44,763 nt of DNA, taken from assembly GCA_964482665.1 (NCBI GenBank), contig CAYZYW010000003.1:1-44763 (forward strand). The letters are read 5' to 3'. Source of the stretch: Candidatus Woesearchaeota archaeon. Its GTDB lineage: Archaea > Nanobdellota > Nanobdellia > Pacearchaeales > GW2011-AR1. Positions 44,633 through 44,763 of the stretch are shown here, piece by piece. The notes under the pieces were generated by a model. It had not been told where the DNA came from. It did not search any database and saw only the letters and a list, made by a program, of their open reading frames with translations. The number at the start of each line of letters is the position of its first letter. Position 1 is the stretch's first letter. A program made the translations under genes and the position numbers.

Positions 44633-44763
44633 ATGAAGGCTCTGATTTTAGCAGGAGGAAAAGGTAAAAGGTTGGGATCATTAACAAAAAATCTCCCAAA
44701 ACCAATGGTTCTCATGAAAGGAAAACCGGTTCTTGAACATTTGATTCTTTTACTTAAGAAACA
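44633..44763 (+). CDS. Sugar-phosphate nucleotidyltransferase (RmlA/NTP_transferase family), N-terminal fragment running out of the window
   Basis: My translation from ATG 44633 gives [37 protein letters not shown], which contains the LAGGxGxRL signature. Confidence 0.7.
   Translation, partial: MKALILAGGKGKRLGSLTKNLPKPMVLMKGKPVLEHLILLLKK

Overview
This is a low-GC (about 30% by eye) archaeal window. Its ribosomal-protein set (P0/P1, S4e, L32e, L19e, SUI1), AglB and overall compactness suggest a DPANN-like archaeon, which is an inference. From left to right it contains: the L1-P0-P1 stalk genes; a Rad3/XPD-like helicase; a small anaerobe oxidative-stress group (VIT-like protein, CspA-type cold-shock protein, rubrerythrin, desulfoferrodoxin); a split Na/Pi cotransporter; tRNA-Ser(UGA); AMP phosphorylase; and an AI-2E permease. 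Next comes the complete archaeal L3-to-L15 ribosomal protein cluster followed by secY (11.5-24.8 kb). After secY come a DUF106/YidC-like gene, prefoldin alpha, an eIF-2B-family (ribose-1,5-bisphosphate isomerase-like) gene and a SpoIIM-like membrane protein. The window ends with a ~15 kb protein-glycosylation island holding an AglH-like transferase, AglB, five glycosyltransferases, a methyltransferase, RmlC/RmlD, an SDR epimerase, two radical SAM enzymes and a sugar nucleotidyltransferase start. The standout feature is a compact diversity-generating retroelement (DGR) on the minus strand at 24834-27180, wedged between secY and the DUF106 gene where adenylate kinase normally sits. An 82-bp template repeat (25955-26036) lies directly upstream of a reverse transcriptase that carries the DGR-type LGxxxSQ motif. 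It matches an 82-bp variable repeat (26327-26408) at the 3' end of a C-type-lectin/FGE-like target ORF. All 12 mismatches fall on template adenines, mostly in AAY codons. Both the RT (at a (TC)14 microsatellite) and the target gene (near A5/A6 runs) are broken by -1-type frame changes, so the element may be switchable, decaying or mis-assembled. I could not run searches, so all family calls rest on motifs read by eye plus synteny.
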